Shown here piece after piece: positions 1 to 11,749 of a stretch of DNA of 64,000 bases (its first letter is position 1; each line of letters opens with the position of its first letter). Source of the DNA: Mobula hypostoma (taxonomy: Eukaryota); contig NC_086097.1 of NCBI RefSeq assembly GCF_963921235.1, forward strand, positions 114,144,001 through 114,208,000. The letters run 5' to 3'. A program made the position numbers and the translations under genes. The notes under the pieces were generated by a model that made no database searches, was not told the origin of the DNA, and was given only the letters and a program-made list of their open reading frames with translations.

Positions 1-505
1 ACCTGTACCTACTTCCAAGCACTTTAAAACTGTGCCCTCTCGTGCTAGCCATTTCAGCCCTGGGAAAAAGCCTCTGACTACCCACGGGATCAATGCCTCT
101 CATTATCTTATACACCTCTATCAGGTCACCTCTCATCCTTCATCGCTCCAAGAAAAAAAGGCCGAGTTCACTCAACCTGTCCTCATAAGTTATGTTCCCT
201 AATCTAGGCAACATCCTTGTAAATCTCCTTTGCACCGTTTCTATGGTTTCCACATCCGTCTCTGTAGTGAGGCGATCAGAACTGAGCACAGTACTCCAAG
301 TGGGATCTGACCAGGGTTCTATATAGCTGTAACATTACCTCTCGGCTCTTAAACTCAATCCCACGATTGATGAAGGCCAATGCACCGTCTGCCTTCTTAA
401 CCACAGAGTCAACCTGTGCAGCAGCTTTGAGTGTCCTATGGACTCGAACCTCAAGATCCCTCTGATCCTCCACACTGCCAAGAGTCTTACCATTAATACT
501 ATATT
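1..505 (-). mobile_element. CR1 LINE fragment (RT C-terminal region), continues off the window start
   Basis: ORF 276..596 QRDLEVRVH...SREVMLQLYRTLVRSHLEYCAQF. Confidence 0.9.
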
Positions 506-739
506 GTGGATGCACAACACGTTGAACTTTGCCGTGGATGAGTATAACAGCAGGTGAGCACAAACATACACTCTGTGATCGCTTCATTAGGTACAAAGGT
601 ATCTAATACATTGTCCACTGAGTTAATACCACTGGTGTATATCACAGTGGCCTGGGCCTAATGACATTATATTAGCATAATCTCATATTCATGTTGTTTG
701 CCCATCAAGTTTAATGCCAGTTCTGAATGCAATCCGATC

Positions 740-1000
740 AGTTTCTTCCCCTACCATCCATTCTATCAACTCCACACTGACGCTCCAATCTGCCACTCAC
801 CCTAAGGGTAATGTACAACTAATTGCTGATTTACCAGCCAAGCAGCAGACCTTTAGAATGAGGGAGGGAAGCACAGCACCTCTGGAAAACCATACCACAA
901 CATGGAGAACGCACAAATTCCACACAGACAGCACCAGAGGTCGAAATCAAACTCTGCTCACTGGAACCACCAGGCAGCAACACTAGATGCTCTGCCACTT
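740..1000 (-). mobile_element. tRNA-derived V-SINE-like element, degraded
   Basis: Reverse complement shows an A/B-box-like head and the GTGTGGAATTTGTGCGTTCTCC core shared with other SINE copies in the window. Confidence 0.6.
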
Positions 1001-1019
1001 AATATCTTTTCAGCCTGCG

Positions 1020-2325
1020 CATAGATTTAAGAGTCAGCAGTTTTAAATTCTTCGGCACGATCATTTCAGAGCATCTGCCCTGGGGCCAGCAGAAAGAAGG
1101 CACGGCATCGCCTCTACTTACGTCGAAGTTTACACAGATTTTTGCACGTCATCTAAAACTTCTCTAGATGTACAGTGGAGAGTATCCTGACTGGATGCAT
1201 CATGACCTGGTATGGAAACACCAATGGTCAAGAATAGAAAAGCTTACAAAAATTAATGAATATAGCCCAGTCCATCACTAGAAAAGCTCTCCATATTGAG
1301 CAAATCTACAAGGAGTGCTACCATAAGAAAATAGTACCTACCATCAAGAATCTCTATCATCCAGACCATGCTCTCTTCGCACTGCTGCTACTAAGGAGGA
1401 GGTACAGGACCCTCACGACCCACCCGCCAGGGTCAGGAACAATTATCGCCTTTCAAACTCAAGCTCCTGAACCAGTATGGATAACCTCACTCAACTCAAC
1501 GCTGAACTGATTCCATACCGATGGACTCACTTTCAAGGGCTCTATAATTCATCTTCTCAGTAATATCTATTTACTATTTATTTACTTTTATTATTGCATT
1601 TTTTTATTCGCACAGTTTTGTCTTCTTTTGCACATTGCCTGTTTGCTAGTCTTTGTTGGAGTGTAGTTTTTCATTGATTCTATTGTGTTTCTTTGTTCTA
1701 GCGTGAATGCCAGCAAGAAAATGAATCTCAGGGTAGTATATGGTGACATATACAGTATGTGTTTTGATAATAAATTTGCCTTGGCAATGAATGCAATCAG
1801 TGTGACTCCCCCATCCAGCTTGCACGTCTTATCCTGAACCTGTTTTCCTGTTATCTTGGAAAGATTAATTAAGACACTCCTTTAACTTTGGTGTACGTGC
1901 ACATACACAAGCTTCGTTTTCATACTGTCTTTAAAATTTCCCTGAAGGCATCTTATGTAGATACTCTAAAGAATCCTTTGGGTTTTACCTGTTAATCAAG
2001 GGCATCTGATATGCACGGTCATTTTTTCCCCCCAATTCATGCTATTTAATGTAATCTAACCTGGGGACTTGTTCATGAACAAGGATAAAGCATCAAATTT
2101 ATGTATTATTATTATGTATTATTATTATTGTTATTATTACTACTGCATTTTTGTATTCGCACAGTTTTGTCTTCTTTTGCACACTGCCTGTTTGTTAGTC
2201 TTTGTTGAAGTGTAGTTTTTCATTGATTCTATTGTATTTTTTGTTCTACTGTGAATGCCCACAAGAAAATGAATTTCAGTTTTGTATATGGTGATATATA
2301 TGTGCTTTGATAATAAGTGTACCTT
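1020..2325 (+). mobile_element. Rex1/Babar-like LINE 3' fragment (1020-1780) plus a second 3' tail (about 2100-2325)
   Basis: Similar to the 3' half of 47717-49080 (HPDHALFALL..RR); recurrent tail AAGAAAATGAATCTCAGGGTAGTATATGGTGAC...TTTGATAATAAA, also at about 12150-12280, 13040-13180, 13750-13925 and 23530-23875. Confidence 0.75.
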
Positions 2326-2334
2326 TTTTTTGCA

Positions 2335-3893
2335 TTAGCATTCAGACCCCAACCCTTTGTTCACAGAAATAAGCATTACAATCAGGGATTTTGATCAATT
2401 TAACCGATAATTTTTATTGCTGAACCACGTGCGACTTTTTTTACAGTGGAGCCCAAAAACAGGGCAAAATTGTAAAGCACGAAATGCTAAAGGCTCAAAA
2501 ACTGTAATGTCAGCATTTTAGAAGTATTCATCCCCCTTTGCTCAGTACCTAGTTGAACCTCCTCTCGCAACTATTACAGCCAGTAGTCTTTTTGGATAAG
2601 TCTCTATTACAGCCGGTAGTCTTTTTGAATAAGTCTCTATTAGCTTTGCACAACATGATGGAGCAAGATTGCCCATTCCTCCTTACAAAATTGCTCAAGC
2701 TGTGCCAGGTTAGTTGAGGAGTGATGGTAGACAGCAGTCTTGAGGTCTTGAGATATTCAGTTGGGTTAAGGCCAGGACTCTGATTGGGCCACTCAAGGAC
2801 ATCAATTTTCTTCATTTGAAGTCACACCATGGTTGCTCTGTCAATGAGCTTTGGGTCATTGTCCTTTTGAAAGGTGAACTTCCTCCCCAGTTTAAGCTTT
2901 CTGGCAGAGGCTAGCAAGTTTTTATCCAGGATCTCTCTGTACTTAGCAATTTTCATCTTCCCATCAATCCTGACCAAATTTCCAGTCCCTGCTGCTTAAC
3001 AGCACCCCCATTGCATGATGCGACCTCTACCACTCTTTGCAGTAGGGAGGGTGGGTGGGTGTTACCGAGCTAATGCACAGTATTAGATTTACTCCACAGA
3101 TACCTCCTAGTGTTGTGGCCAAAAAGTTTCACTTTAGTCTCATCCGGCCACAAGACTTCTTCCACATCTTTACAGAATCTTCTCAGTGACACTTTGCAAA
3201 ATCTTTATGGGCAAAGATATGTTTTTTTTTAGCCAGGGCTTCTTCTTGTCAGTCTTCCATAAATACCCTTTTTGTACAAGGGCTTAGAGATTGTGGATCC
3301 ATGAACTTCATCTCCAGTTGCTGCCACTGACTTCTGTAGCTCACTCAGAGTGATTGTTGATGGCACAAGTTCCATTCTTCTGAACTAAGTTTAGAGAGAT
3401 GGCCGGACCCAGGCAGTGTGGCTGTGGTTTCACAATGGACTGCACTGAGCTCTGAGTTATGTTCAGTGCCTTTGAGATGGTCGTTTACCCTTCCCCAGAT
3501 TTCTGCTTCTCTATTATCATTTCTCCGGCTTGTCTTGAATGTTGTTTTGTCTTCATTTTGGTTTGGTCTGTTGAAAATATATCATTCTGTTGGACCTTAC
3601 AGAGAGGGTGGGTATTTATTCTTATAAATTCATTGAAAACAGCTGATCCTCTAATTTTCTACATCACCAAATTGGGTGACTTGGTAAGGTAATATTATTT
3701 ATTGCCTTTGAGGAAAATTAGTGTGCTAATTAAAAAGGAGATGAATACTTTTTTAGCCTCACAATTTTGGTTTTTAATTTTTAGTAAATTGTTTATTTGA
3801 CATGCTTTGTAGATTAACTCAAAAAAATCCACTTCAATCTATTTTAAATTTAGAAAATGAGAGAGGAAAATGTGAAAATAGCTGTGAGGGCTG
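2335..3893 (-). mobile_element. Tc1/mariner DNA transposon, decayed, IR/DR-type ends
   Basis: ORF 2549..2815 VLEWPNQSPGLNPTEYL corresponds to the Tc1 WPSQSPDLNPIE motif; inverted pair AAGTATTCATCCCCCTT (2522-2538) / AAAGGAGATGAATACTT (3734-3750). Confidence 0.88.
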
Positions 3894-6800
3894 AAGATGG
3901 CACCAGTGAACAATGCTACCAAGGGAGATATTCTCGAGGCAGTTTATGAAACTACTCCTTTCACCACTTTTGTGTCTTCCTTTTATTTCAAATGTGGTTC
4001 TGGTACTGTTGGAGCCCATGATCTACTGTTCAAAACCTGTGATCTACATTCTAGTGCTGTGTTTTCGGGCTGATCGAGTGATCTGGTGCTTTGCTGTCTC
4101 CGAGAGGGTTTTTCCGAGGCGGCGAGCGAAACGTGTGGAGCGAAGGCCCGGAAGCCTGGAGACAGGGTGCAGGCCCACGATCAACTCCATCTCTCACCCA
4201 TCTTGCCGAGTGAAGTGCCGATGAAGACTGAAGTCGTTGAGAAGAGCGTGGAGGACGAGCGAGTGCTTAGCAGCATGCTGCCAGAAGACGGTGTCTACAT
4301 GTGACAGTCCTTCTCTCCTTCTTGCTTGCTGCTCCTGAGGGAAGGTCTCTGCATTCAATAGACAATAGGTGCAGGAGTAGGCCATTCAGCCCTTCGAGCC
4401 AGCACCACCATTCACTGTGATCATGGCTGATCATGCACAATCAGTACCCTTTTCCCACCTTCTCCCTATATCCCTTCACTCCACTATCTTTAAGAGCTCT
4501 ATCTAACTCTTTTTTGAAAGAATCCAGAAAATTGGCCTCCACTGCCTTCTGAGGCAGAGCATTCCACAGAACCACAACCCTCTGTGTGAAAAAGTTTTTC
4601 CTCAACTCCGTTCTAAATTGTCTACACCTTATTCTTAAACTGTGGCCTCTGGTTCTGGACTCCCCCAACATCGGGAACATGTCTCCTGCCCCTAGCATGT
4701 CCAATCCCTTAATAATCTTATATGTTTCAATCAGATTCCCTCTCATCCTTCTAAATTCCAGTGTATACAACCCCAGTCGCTCCAATCTTTCAACATATGA
4801 CAGTCCTGCCATCCCGGGAATTAACCTCGTGATCCTACGCTGCACTCCGTCAATAGCTAGAATGTCCTTTCTCAAATTTGGAGACCAAAACTGTACACAA
4901 TACTCCAGGTGTGGTCTCACCAGGGCCATGTACAACTGCAGAAGGACCTCTTTGCTCCTATACTCAATTCCCCTTGTTATGAAGGCCAATATGCCATTAG
5001 CTTTCCTCACTGCCTGCTGTACCTGCATGCTTACTTTCAGTGACTGATGAACAAGGACACCTAGATCTCGTTGTACTTCCCCTTTTCCTAAATTGACACC
5101 ACTCAGATAGTAATCTGCCTTCCTGTTCTTGCCACCAAAGTGGATAACCTCACATTTATCCACATTAAACTGCATCTACCATGCATCTGCCCACTCACCC
5201 AACCTGTCCAAGTCACCCTGCATTCTCATAACATCCTCCTCATATTTCACACTGCCACCCAGCTTTGTGTCATCTGCAAATTTGCTAATGTTACTTTTAA
5301 TCCCTTCATCTAAATCATTAATGTCTCTTGTAAATAGCTGCGGTCCCAGCACTGAGCCTTGCGGTACCCCACTAGTCACTGCCTGCCATTCTGAAAAGGA
5401 CCCATTAATCCCTACTCTTTGTTTCCTGTCTGCCAACCAATTTTCTATCCATGTCAGTACCCTACCCCCAATACCATTTGCTCCAATTTTGCCCACTAAC
5501 CTCCTATGTGGGACCTTATCAAAGGCTTTCTGAAAGTCCAGGTACACCACATCCACTGGCTCTCCCTTGTCCATTTTCATAGTTACATTCTCAAAAAATT
5601 CCAGAAGATTAGTCAAGCATGATTTCCCTTTCATAAATCCATGCTGACTCGGACCTATCCTGCCACTGCTATCCAAATATGCCGCTATTTCATCTTTCAT
5701 AATTGATTCCAGCATCTTCCCCACCACTGATGTCAGACTAACTGGTCTATAATTTCCTGTTTTCTCTCTCCCTCCTTTCTTAAAAAGTGGGATAACATTA
5801 GCTACCCTCCAATCTGCAGGAACTGATCCTGAATCTATAGAACATTGGAAAATGATTACCAATGCGTCTATGCTTTCTAGAGCCACCTCCTTAAGTACCC
5901 TGGGATGCAGACCATCAGGCCCTGGGGATTTATCAACCTTCAGTCCCATCAGTTTACCTAACACCATTTTGTGCCTGATGCGAATTTCCTTCAGTTCCTC
6001 TGTTACCCTAGGTCCTCTGGCCACTATTACATTTGGGAGATTGTTTGTGTCTTCCCTAGTGAAGACAGATCCAAAGTACCTGTTCAGCTCATCTGCCATT
6101 TCCTTGTTCCCCATAATAATTTCACCCATTTCTGTCTTCAAGGGCCCAACTTTGGTCTAACTAATTTTTTTCCTCTTCACATACCTAAAGAAGCTTTTAC
6201 TATCCTCCTTTATATTCTTGGCTAGCTTACCTTCGTACCTCATCTTTTCCCCCGTGTTGCCTTTTTAGTTATCTTCTGTTGCTCCTTAAAAGTCTCCCAA
6301 TCCTCTGGCTTCCCATTCATCCTTGCTATGTTATACTTCCTCACTTTTATTTTTATACTGTCTTTGATTTCCCTTGTCGTCCACGGTTGCCCCTTACTCC
6401 CCTTAGAACCTTTCTTCCTCTTTGGAATGAACTGATCCTGCATCTCTGTATTATTCCCAGAAATACCTGCCATTGTTGTTCCACAGTCATCCCTTCTAGG
6501 GTATCCCTCCAGTCAACTTTGGCCAGCTCCTCCCTCATTTGTCCATAGTCCCCTTTGCTCAACTGTAATACTGACATTTCCAATCATCCCTTCTCCCTCT
6601 CAAATTGTAGATTAAAACTTATCATATTATGGTCACTACCTCCTAATGGCTCCTTTACCTCAAGTTCCCTTATCAAATCTGGCTCATTACACAACACTAA
6701 ATCCAGAATTGCCTTTTTCCTGGTAGGCTCTAATACAAGCTGCCCTTTCTTGGGGTCTAGTACCAATTTGATTTTCCCAGTCTACCTGCATGTTAAAATC

Positions 6801-8555
6801 CCCCATAACAACCGTAGAATTACCTTTGCGACATGCCAATTTTAACTCTTGATTTAACTTGCACCCTATATCCAGGCTACTGTTTGGAGGCCTGTAGATG
6901 ACTCCCATCAGGGGCTTTTTACCCTTACAGTTTCTTAGTTCTATCCATACTGACTCTACATCTCCTGATTCTATGTCCCCCCTCGCAAGTGACTGAATTT
7001 CATTCCTCACCAATAGAGCCACCCCACCTCCTCTGCCAGCCTGCCTGTCCTTTGATAGGATGTATGTTCTGAATATTCATTTCCCAGCCCTGGTCCTCTT
7101 GCAGCCATGTCTCTGTTATCTCCACAACGTCATACTTGCCAATTTCCAACTGAGCCTCAAGCTCATCCACTTTATTTCTTATACTCCATGCATTCATATG
7201 TAATATTTTTAATCCTTTTAAAGTAATACTTTTACTCCCCTCACCTTTCACATCGATTCCTATTGCACTTGGCCATACTCTCCAATCCCTTCCTGATCTT
7301 TCTGCCCCTTTAATTCTGTTGTCTTTCTTAACTTTTCTTATTCTCTCATTCCCTTTAACTCCATTCTTACATTTCCAGTTCGTCCCCTCCCCTCCCCCTC
7401 TCCCCCCCCCGCCACTACTTAGTTTAAACACACCCGTGTAGCAGTGGAAAACCTGCCTGCCAGAATGCCGGTCTCCCCTCTGTTAAGGTGCAACTCGTCC
7501 CTTCTGTACAATTCATCCTTACCCCAAAACAGATCCCAGTGGTCCAAGAATCTAAATCCCTGCTTCCTGCACCAACTCCTCAGCCACACGTTCAGATCCC
7601 CTATCTCCCTGTTCCTGCCCTCTCCAGCACAAGGAACTGGAAGCAAACCGGAGATAACCACCCTTGAGGTCCTGCTTTTCAGCCTTCTTCCGAGTTCTCT
7701 GAAATCACGTTGCAAAATGTGTCTTATCTTCTTCCCGACGGCATTTGTGCCGACATGCACCACCACCTCCGGCTGATCACCTTCTCCCTGAGGACGCCCT
7801 GCAATTGGTCTGTGACATCCTGGATCCTGGCACCAGGGAGGCAACACACCATCCTTAAATCCCGCCTGTTGCCGCAGAAGCCCCTATCTGTACCTCTCAC
7901 TATGGAGTCCCCTACTACCATGACTCTGCCTGACATCTGTTTCCTTGGCTTTATTTCAGCGCCAATTTTTGACTTGCAGACCCGTCCACCTCTCGCAGTG
8001 TCTTCTGTCCTGACAGCTTCCAAGAGGCTGAACCTGTTTTCAAGAAGCACATCCCCCAGGGTCTCCTGTACTCCAAGCATCCATCCCTTCCTCATCGTCA
8101 CCCCCCCCCCCGCCTTCTCTCTTCTGCTATCTTTGGTGTAACGATCTCGCTGCAGGTCCTGTCCAGAAAACTCTCGGTTTCCCGGATGAACCTGAGGTTA
8201 TCCAGTTGCCTCTCCAGTGCCTCAATCTGGTCCTTCAGGAGCTGAACCTGGACACACTTTCCATATTTGTAGCAGGCATTCAACTGGTCGCTCTCTCTCT
8301 CTTGATGTTAACGGAGGAAGGTGCCGGAGCAAGGTTTAATCGCAGTGGTTTATGGGTTGGACTCTAATTCATGGAAGATATTTCTAGTTTTTCTGGTTGC
8401 TTCTCTTTTCGGTTCCTAGTTTGGGAGATTTTGAATTGGGGCGACCTTTCTATTCGACCATGTTCCATAGTTTTCTTTGCTTCCTGGCTGTCTGCATCTC
8501 AGGGTTCTATGCTACATAATAATGAATAATGAATGTACTTTGAATCCTTTGAATA
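3894..8555 (+). mobile_element. Non-coding retroposon with Rex1-like tail, split by a CR1 into 3894-4358 and 8284-8555
   Basis: The joined halves align by eye with the uninterrupted relative at about 14950-15545; ends in ...GAATGTACTTTGAATCCTTTGAAT. Confidence 0.6.
4359..8275 (-). mobile_element. Near full-length CR1 LINE (5'-truncated ORF1 with zipper and SGNH esterase; ORF2 APE endonuclease and RT), inactivated
   Basis: VVGDSIVRG and VVVHVGTN (esterase); IYRPPN, MGDFN, GSDHN (APE); YLDFQKAFDKVPH, GVPQGSVLGP, KFADD (RT). In-frame stop at 5176-5178 and several frameshifts; 8-bp TSD GCATTCAA at 4351-4358 and 8276-8283. Confidence 0.97.
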
Positions 8556-8999
8556 GTTTTTCAAGACTGTAGTTTTCACAACTACAAGAAACCATTATAC
8601 AGTATCTCCAAATATATTGGATGTACTATTGATTTATTAGGCAAGTTGCATCCATTATAAACCAGAAACACTTGACAAACATGGCAATCACTCTTTATTC
8701 CTAAAAGCCCCAGGAGCAGTGTAGACTGTAGCACAAGTCTCTATTCCCCCTGCTATGTCCTGTTTACTGCCAGTTCGCTTCCTACTGCCCCCGCTTATTT
8801 GCTCTCTCTCACTTTCCCTCTAAACCTTCTACCTGATATGATTTTTCCCTTTGATCTTATTTTCCAGCTATCAATTCCCAGAGCTATCTTAGCCAGTTCC
8901 TTTCAAAAATACATTTCTAGCCCCTTTTTTTGCGAACATGTCCAATGCTTATCATTTTGCTTAGTTTCCGGAGAAAACAACAAAAGATGAAAATTTCCC

Positions 9000-9770
9000 T
9001 GCAGAGTACTACAGGGCATTGCTGGAGCAGCACACCCACCGACTCTCTAACTGGGTACTCCACTGGGCCGTTGTAGGTTCCATGGCTCTCTTTCTGACTT
9101 CACTCTGATGTACTTGGGAGAGAGGAGAGCAGGAGTCAAAGGGCAAGGAATGAGGAGAATGTTCATACGCCCCAAGTTTGGTCCCGTCTTTGCGGTCACC
9201 ATCCTGATTGTAGAATATTGACAGTGGTTTGAAACTGTCTGCTCAGAGATTCAACACAAAGGCTTTCAATTCCATTGATGCGGTTCATATTTCTAAATAA
9301 ACAACTGTAACCAAGTTTTCTGCAGTTTAGGTCTCACCAGAACCCCAGCAGGTAAGCGTGACTTTTCTTTGTGATTCTCCGGAGCATCCACCAGGACAGC
9401 CTTGGCATCAGGCATTCCGGATTTGGGAATTCCCGTCACTCCAGCTACTTCCCCAGGTTGTAACACAACAGGTTGGGACTGGGTGTACTACACAGTTCTT
9501 CGTTTGTGCTCATCGACCTGCTTAGGAGAAGGCTCACGAGCCTTCTCACAATGGGAGTGTTTGTTCTCACAATAATGGAAGCTTCACCTTTTTCAACCGG
9601 CTCTGGACAGGACAACACTAATGCATCAAGGGGCTCAGCTACTCCATTATCTGCTTCCGCAAACTCCAGCTTCAATGACAAGTTACCATCCTGTGGGTAA
9701 TCATCAGTACTACCATCCCAACTTTCTAGAGCACTGAGCGGCCTCTGCTTAGCACATCCTACCGGTGGGT
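9000..9770 (-). mobile_element. Ty3/Gypsy LTR-retrotransposon remnant (protease-downstream region)
   Basis: ORF 9445..9807 DDYPQDGNLSLKLEF...LDALVLSCPEP...IIVRTN resembles Gypsy pol N-terminal segments. Confidence 0.6.
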
Positions 9771-10899
9771 CTGGTGTCCTATCGGACGTCACACTGGGTG
9801 GCAGCACTAGCTGACATCAACCGAGATACCTTGACTTGCAGGTTTCTCACTACATCCTGCAAAACACTCTCACCGGGCTCGTATGCAAACTTGGCTCGAT
9901 AGCTAACTCTGCTAACAGTCCCGTGACTCAACGGTGAGAAGGCCACCTTTACAATAATATATGCCTAGGGTCGGTATGATTTGTGGTTCAACCAAACAGG
10001 AAAGTTGGGATTTTCCAATTAATGGAATCCGGATTTGAGCAAACACTGTGTAATTACTGCCCATACAGGATTACCGGTCGTCAGGTCACTCGTCTGAGTG
10101 CTACTGGTACCATGTAACCCAGTACTACCTGTCGCATGGTTGGGTGGTCGACCACTAAACCAGCTCCCCCACCAGGCTTGCCTGGTGAGGAGGGTGGCTA
10201 GACACACTGCAGGACGAGAAACAAGACTTGTAAAAGGGCAGATGAACCCTCTTGTAGGGTCAGCGGCCATCTAGCAAACACGTGCCGTGAAGCGCAGAAA
10301 GGGCATCCCTTGCATTGGAGCTTGGTCTGGCCATTCACTGCAACAGAACTTCCCCCAGCCGTCTTGGACCCCACCATGCTGTTGGATCCGGGAGGGGATG
10401 TGGAGAGGGTGGGTCTGGACCTGTGCAACCCCCTACTCACCTAAAATCCATTGATGCACGCGCTGTTCCTTTCTGAGGAATGGGGTATCCTCCCCATTAA
10501 CTAACTGAAAGGATCCATCATCATCCTATGGGATGGATAGCCAGAGAGAGAGAGAGAGACCGGTTGCCAAGAAATGACAAATCATACACCAGCATAAAAT
10601 CCTAAAGGCAGTGCATTTACCAATTTCAGTTTTATCAAAGAGTTATTAAGAGAAAGAAAAGAAAGAAACAGTTAAAATGGTCCATTACAGTTAGACCAGC
10701 CTAAATGTGCATATGACCACTGGAGAACAACTTCAGATATGTCACTACTAGTCTGAACTACTTGCCGATTGATCAAAACGCTGTTCAACCTGCATAACTT
10801 TCCCCAGTACTTTTACAGAACTCAGCACTCTAATTTACAGGTAAGGACCTACCACCTTATGAGCCTCTATCACTGAGGAATTCTATCACTGTTGTGCCA

Positions 10900-11290
10900 G
10901 TGGGAAGGTGGGGTGAGCACGTATGTCTGGGAAATGGAGAAGTGTGTGAGGTCAGTATCAAGGAAGGAGGAAGGGAAACCTAGTTCTTTGAAGAAGGCAC
11001 ACATCTCTAATGTCCTGGAAAGGAAAGCCTAGGAACAGATGTGGTGTAGATGAAGGAACTGAGAAAGGGAACAGCATTTTTACAGGAGACAGCGTGAGAC
11101 GAGGTATAGTTGAGATAACTGCGGGAATCAATAGGTTTATAAAAGATGCTGGTTGACAGTTTGTCTCTAGAGATGGAGGTAGAGAGATCAAGAAATGGAC
11201 CAAGTGAATTGAATTTAAGGGCAGGGTGGAATTTCAAGACAATGTTAATAAAACTGTCAAGCTGAGCATCGGTGCATGAAGCAGTAATAG
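10900..11290 (-). mobile_element. Penelope-like RT fragment
   Basis: ORF 11007..11237 FHPALKF...PFLDL...FYKPIDSRSYLNYTSSH, homologous to ORF 54519..55355. Confidence 0.88.
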
Positions 11291-11585
11291 AAATTACTCA
11301 CATTAAAGGCAGCAGGGAGTTGCCGTGGTGTTATAATTATCAAGTTTAGCTCTGTTTACAGCAGCACATTCATGACTATTATTGGATCTAACCAACATGA
11401 AGTGGTAGGTCCTTAAAATTCTCCATCCTAATTGAGAACAAAGTCCAGCGTAAATGCCAAGAAATAATGGAGCAGCTCATTTTGGATCTGGTCTGCAGTC
11501 TGGATTCACACCCCAGGATTGCCATCTGTCTAGACTACATTGGTAGGATGCAAAGTAACAAGTGAGCTGGTCTGTTGAAAGCTGA

Positions 11586-11749
11586 CAACACACATAAAAG
11601 TTGCTGGTGAACGCAGCAGGCCAGGCAGCATCTCTAGGAAGAGGTGCAGTCGACGCTTTGGGCTGAGACCCTTCGTCTGCTGCGTTCACCAGCAACTTTT
11701 ATGTGTGTTGCTTGAATTTCCAGCATCTGCAGAATTCCTGTTGTTTGCG
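11586..11749. mobile_element. Penelope-derived fold-back mini-insertion
   Basis: Perfect 34-bp inverted repeat 11586-11619 / 11677-11710; 14-bp TSD CTGTTGAAAGCTGA at 11572-11585 and 11750-11763; sequence matches the terminal repeat of 53815-56020. Confidence 0.92.

Noticed and set aside
4586..6160. Long plus-strand ORFs (4586..5047, 5129..5533, 5852..6160) as genes
   Set aside because: Antisense shadows of the CR1 RT frame.
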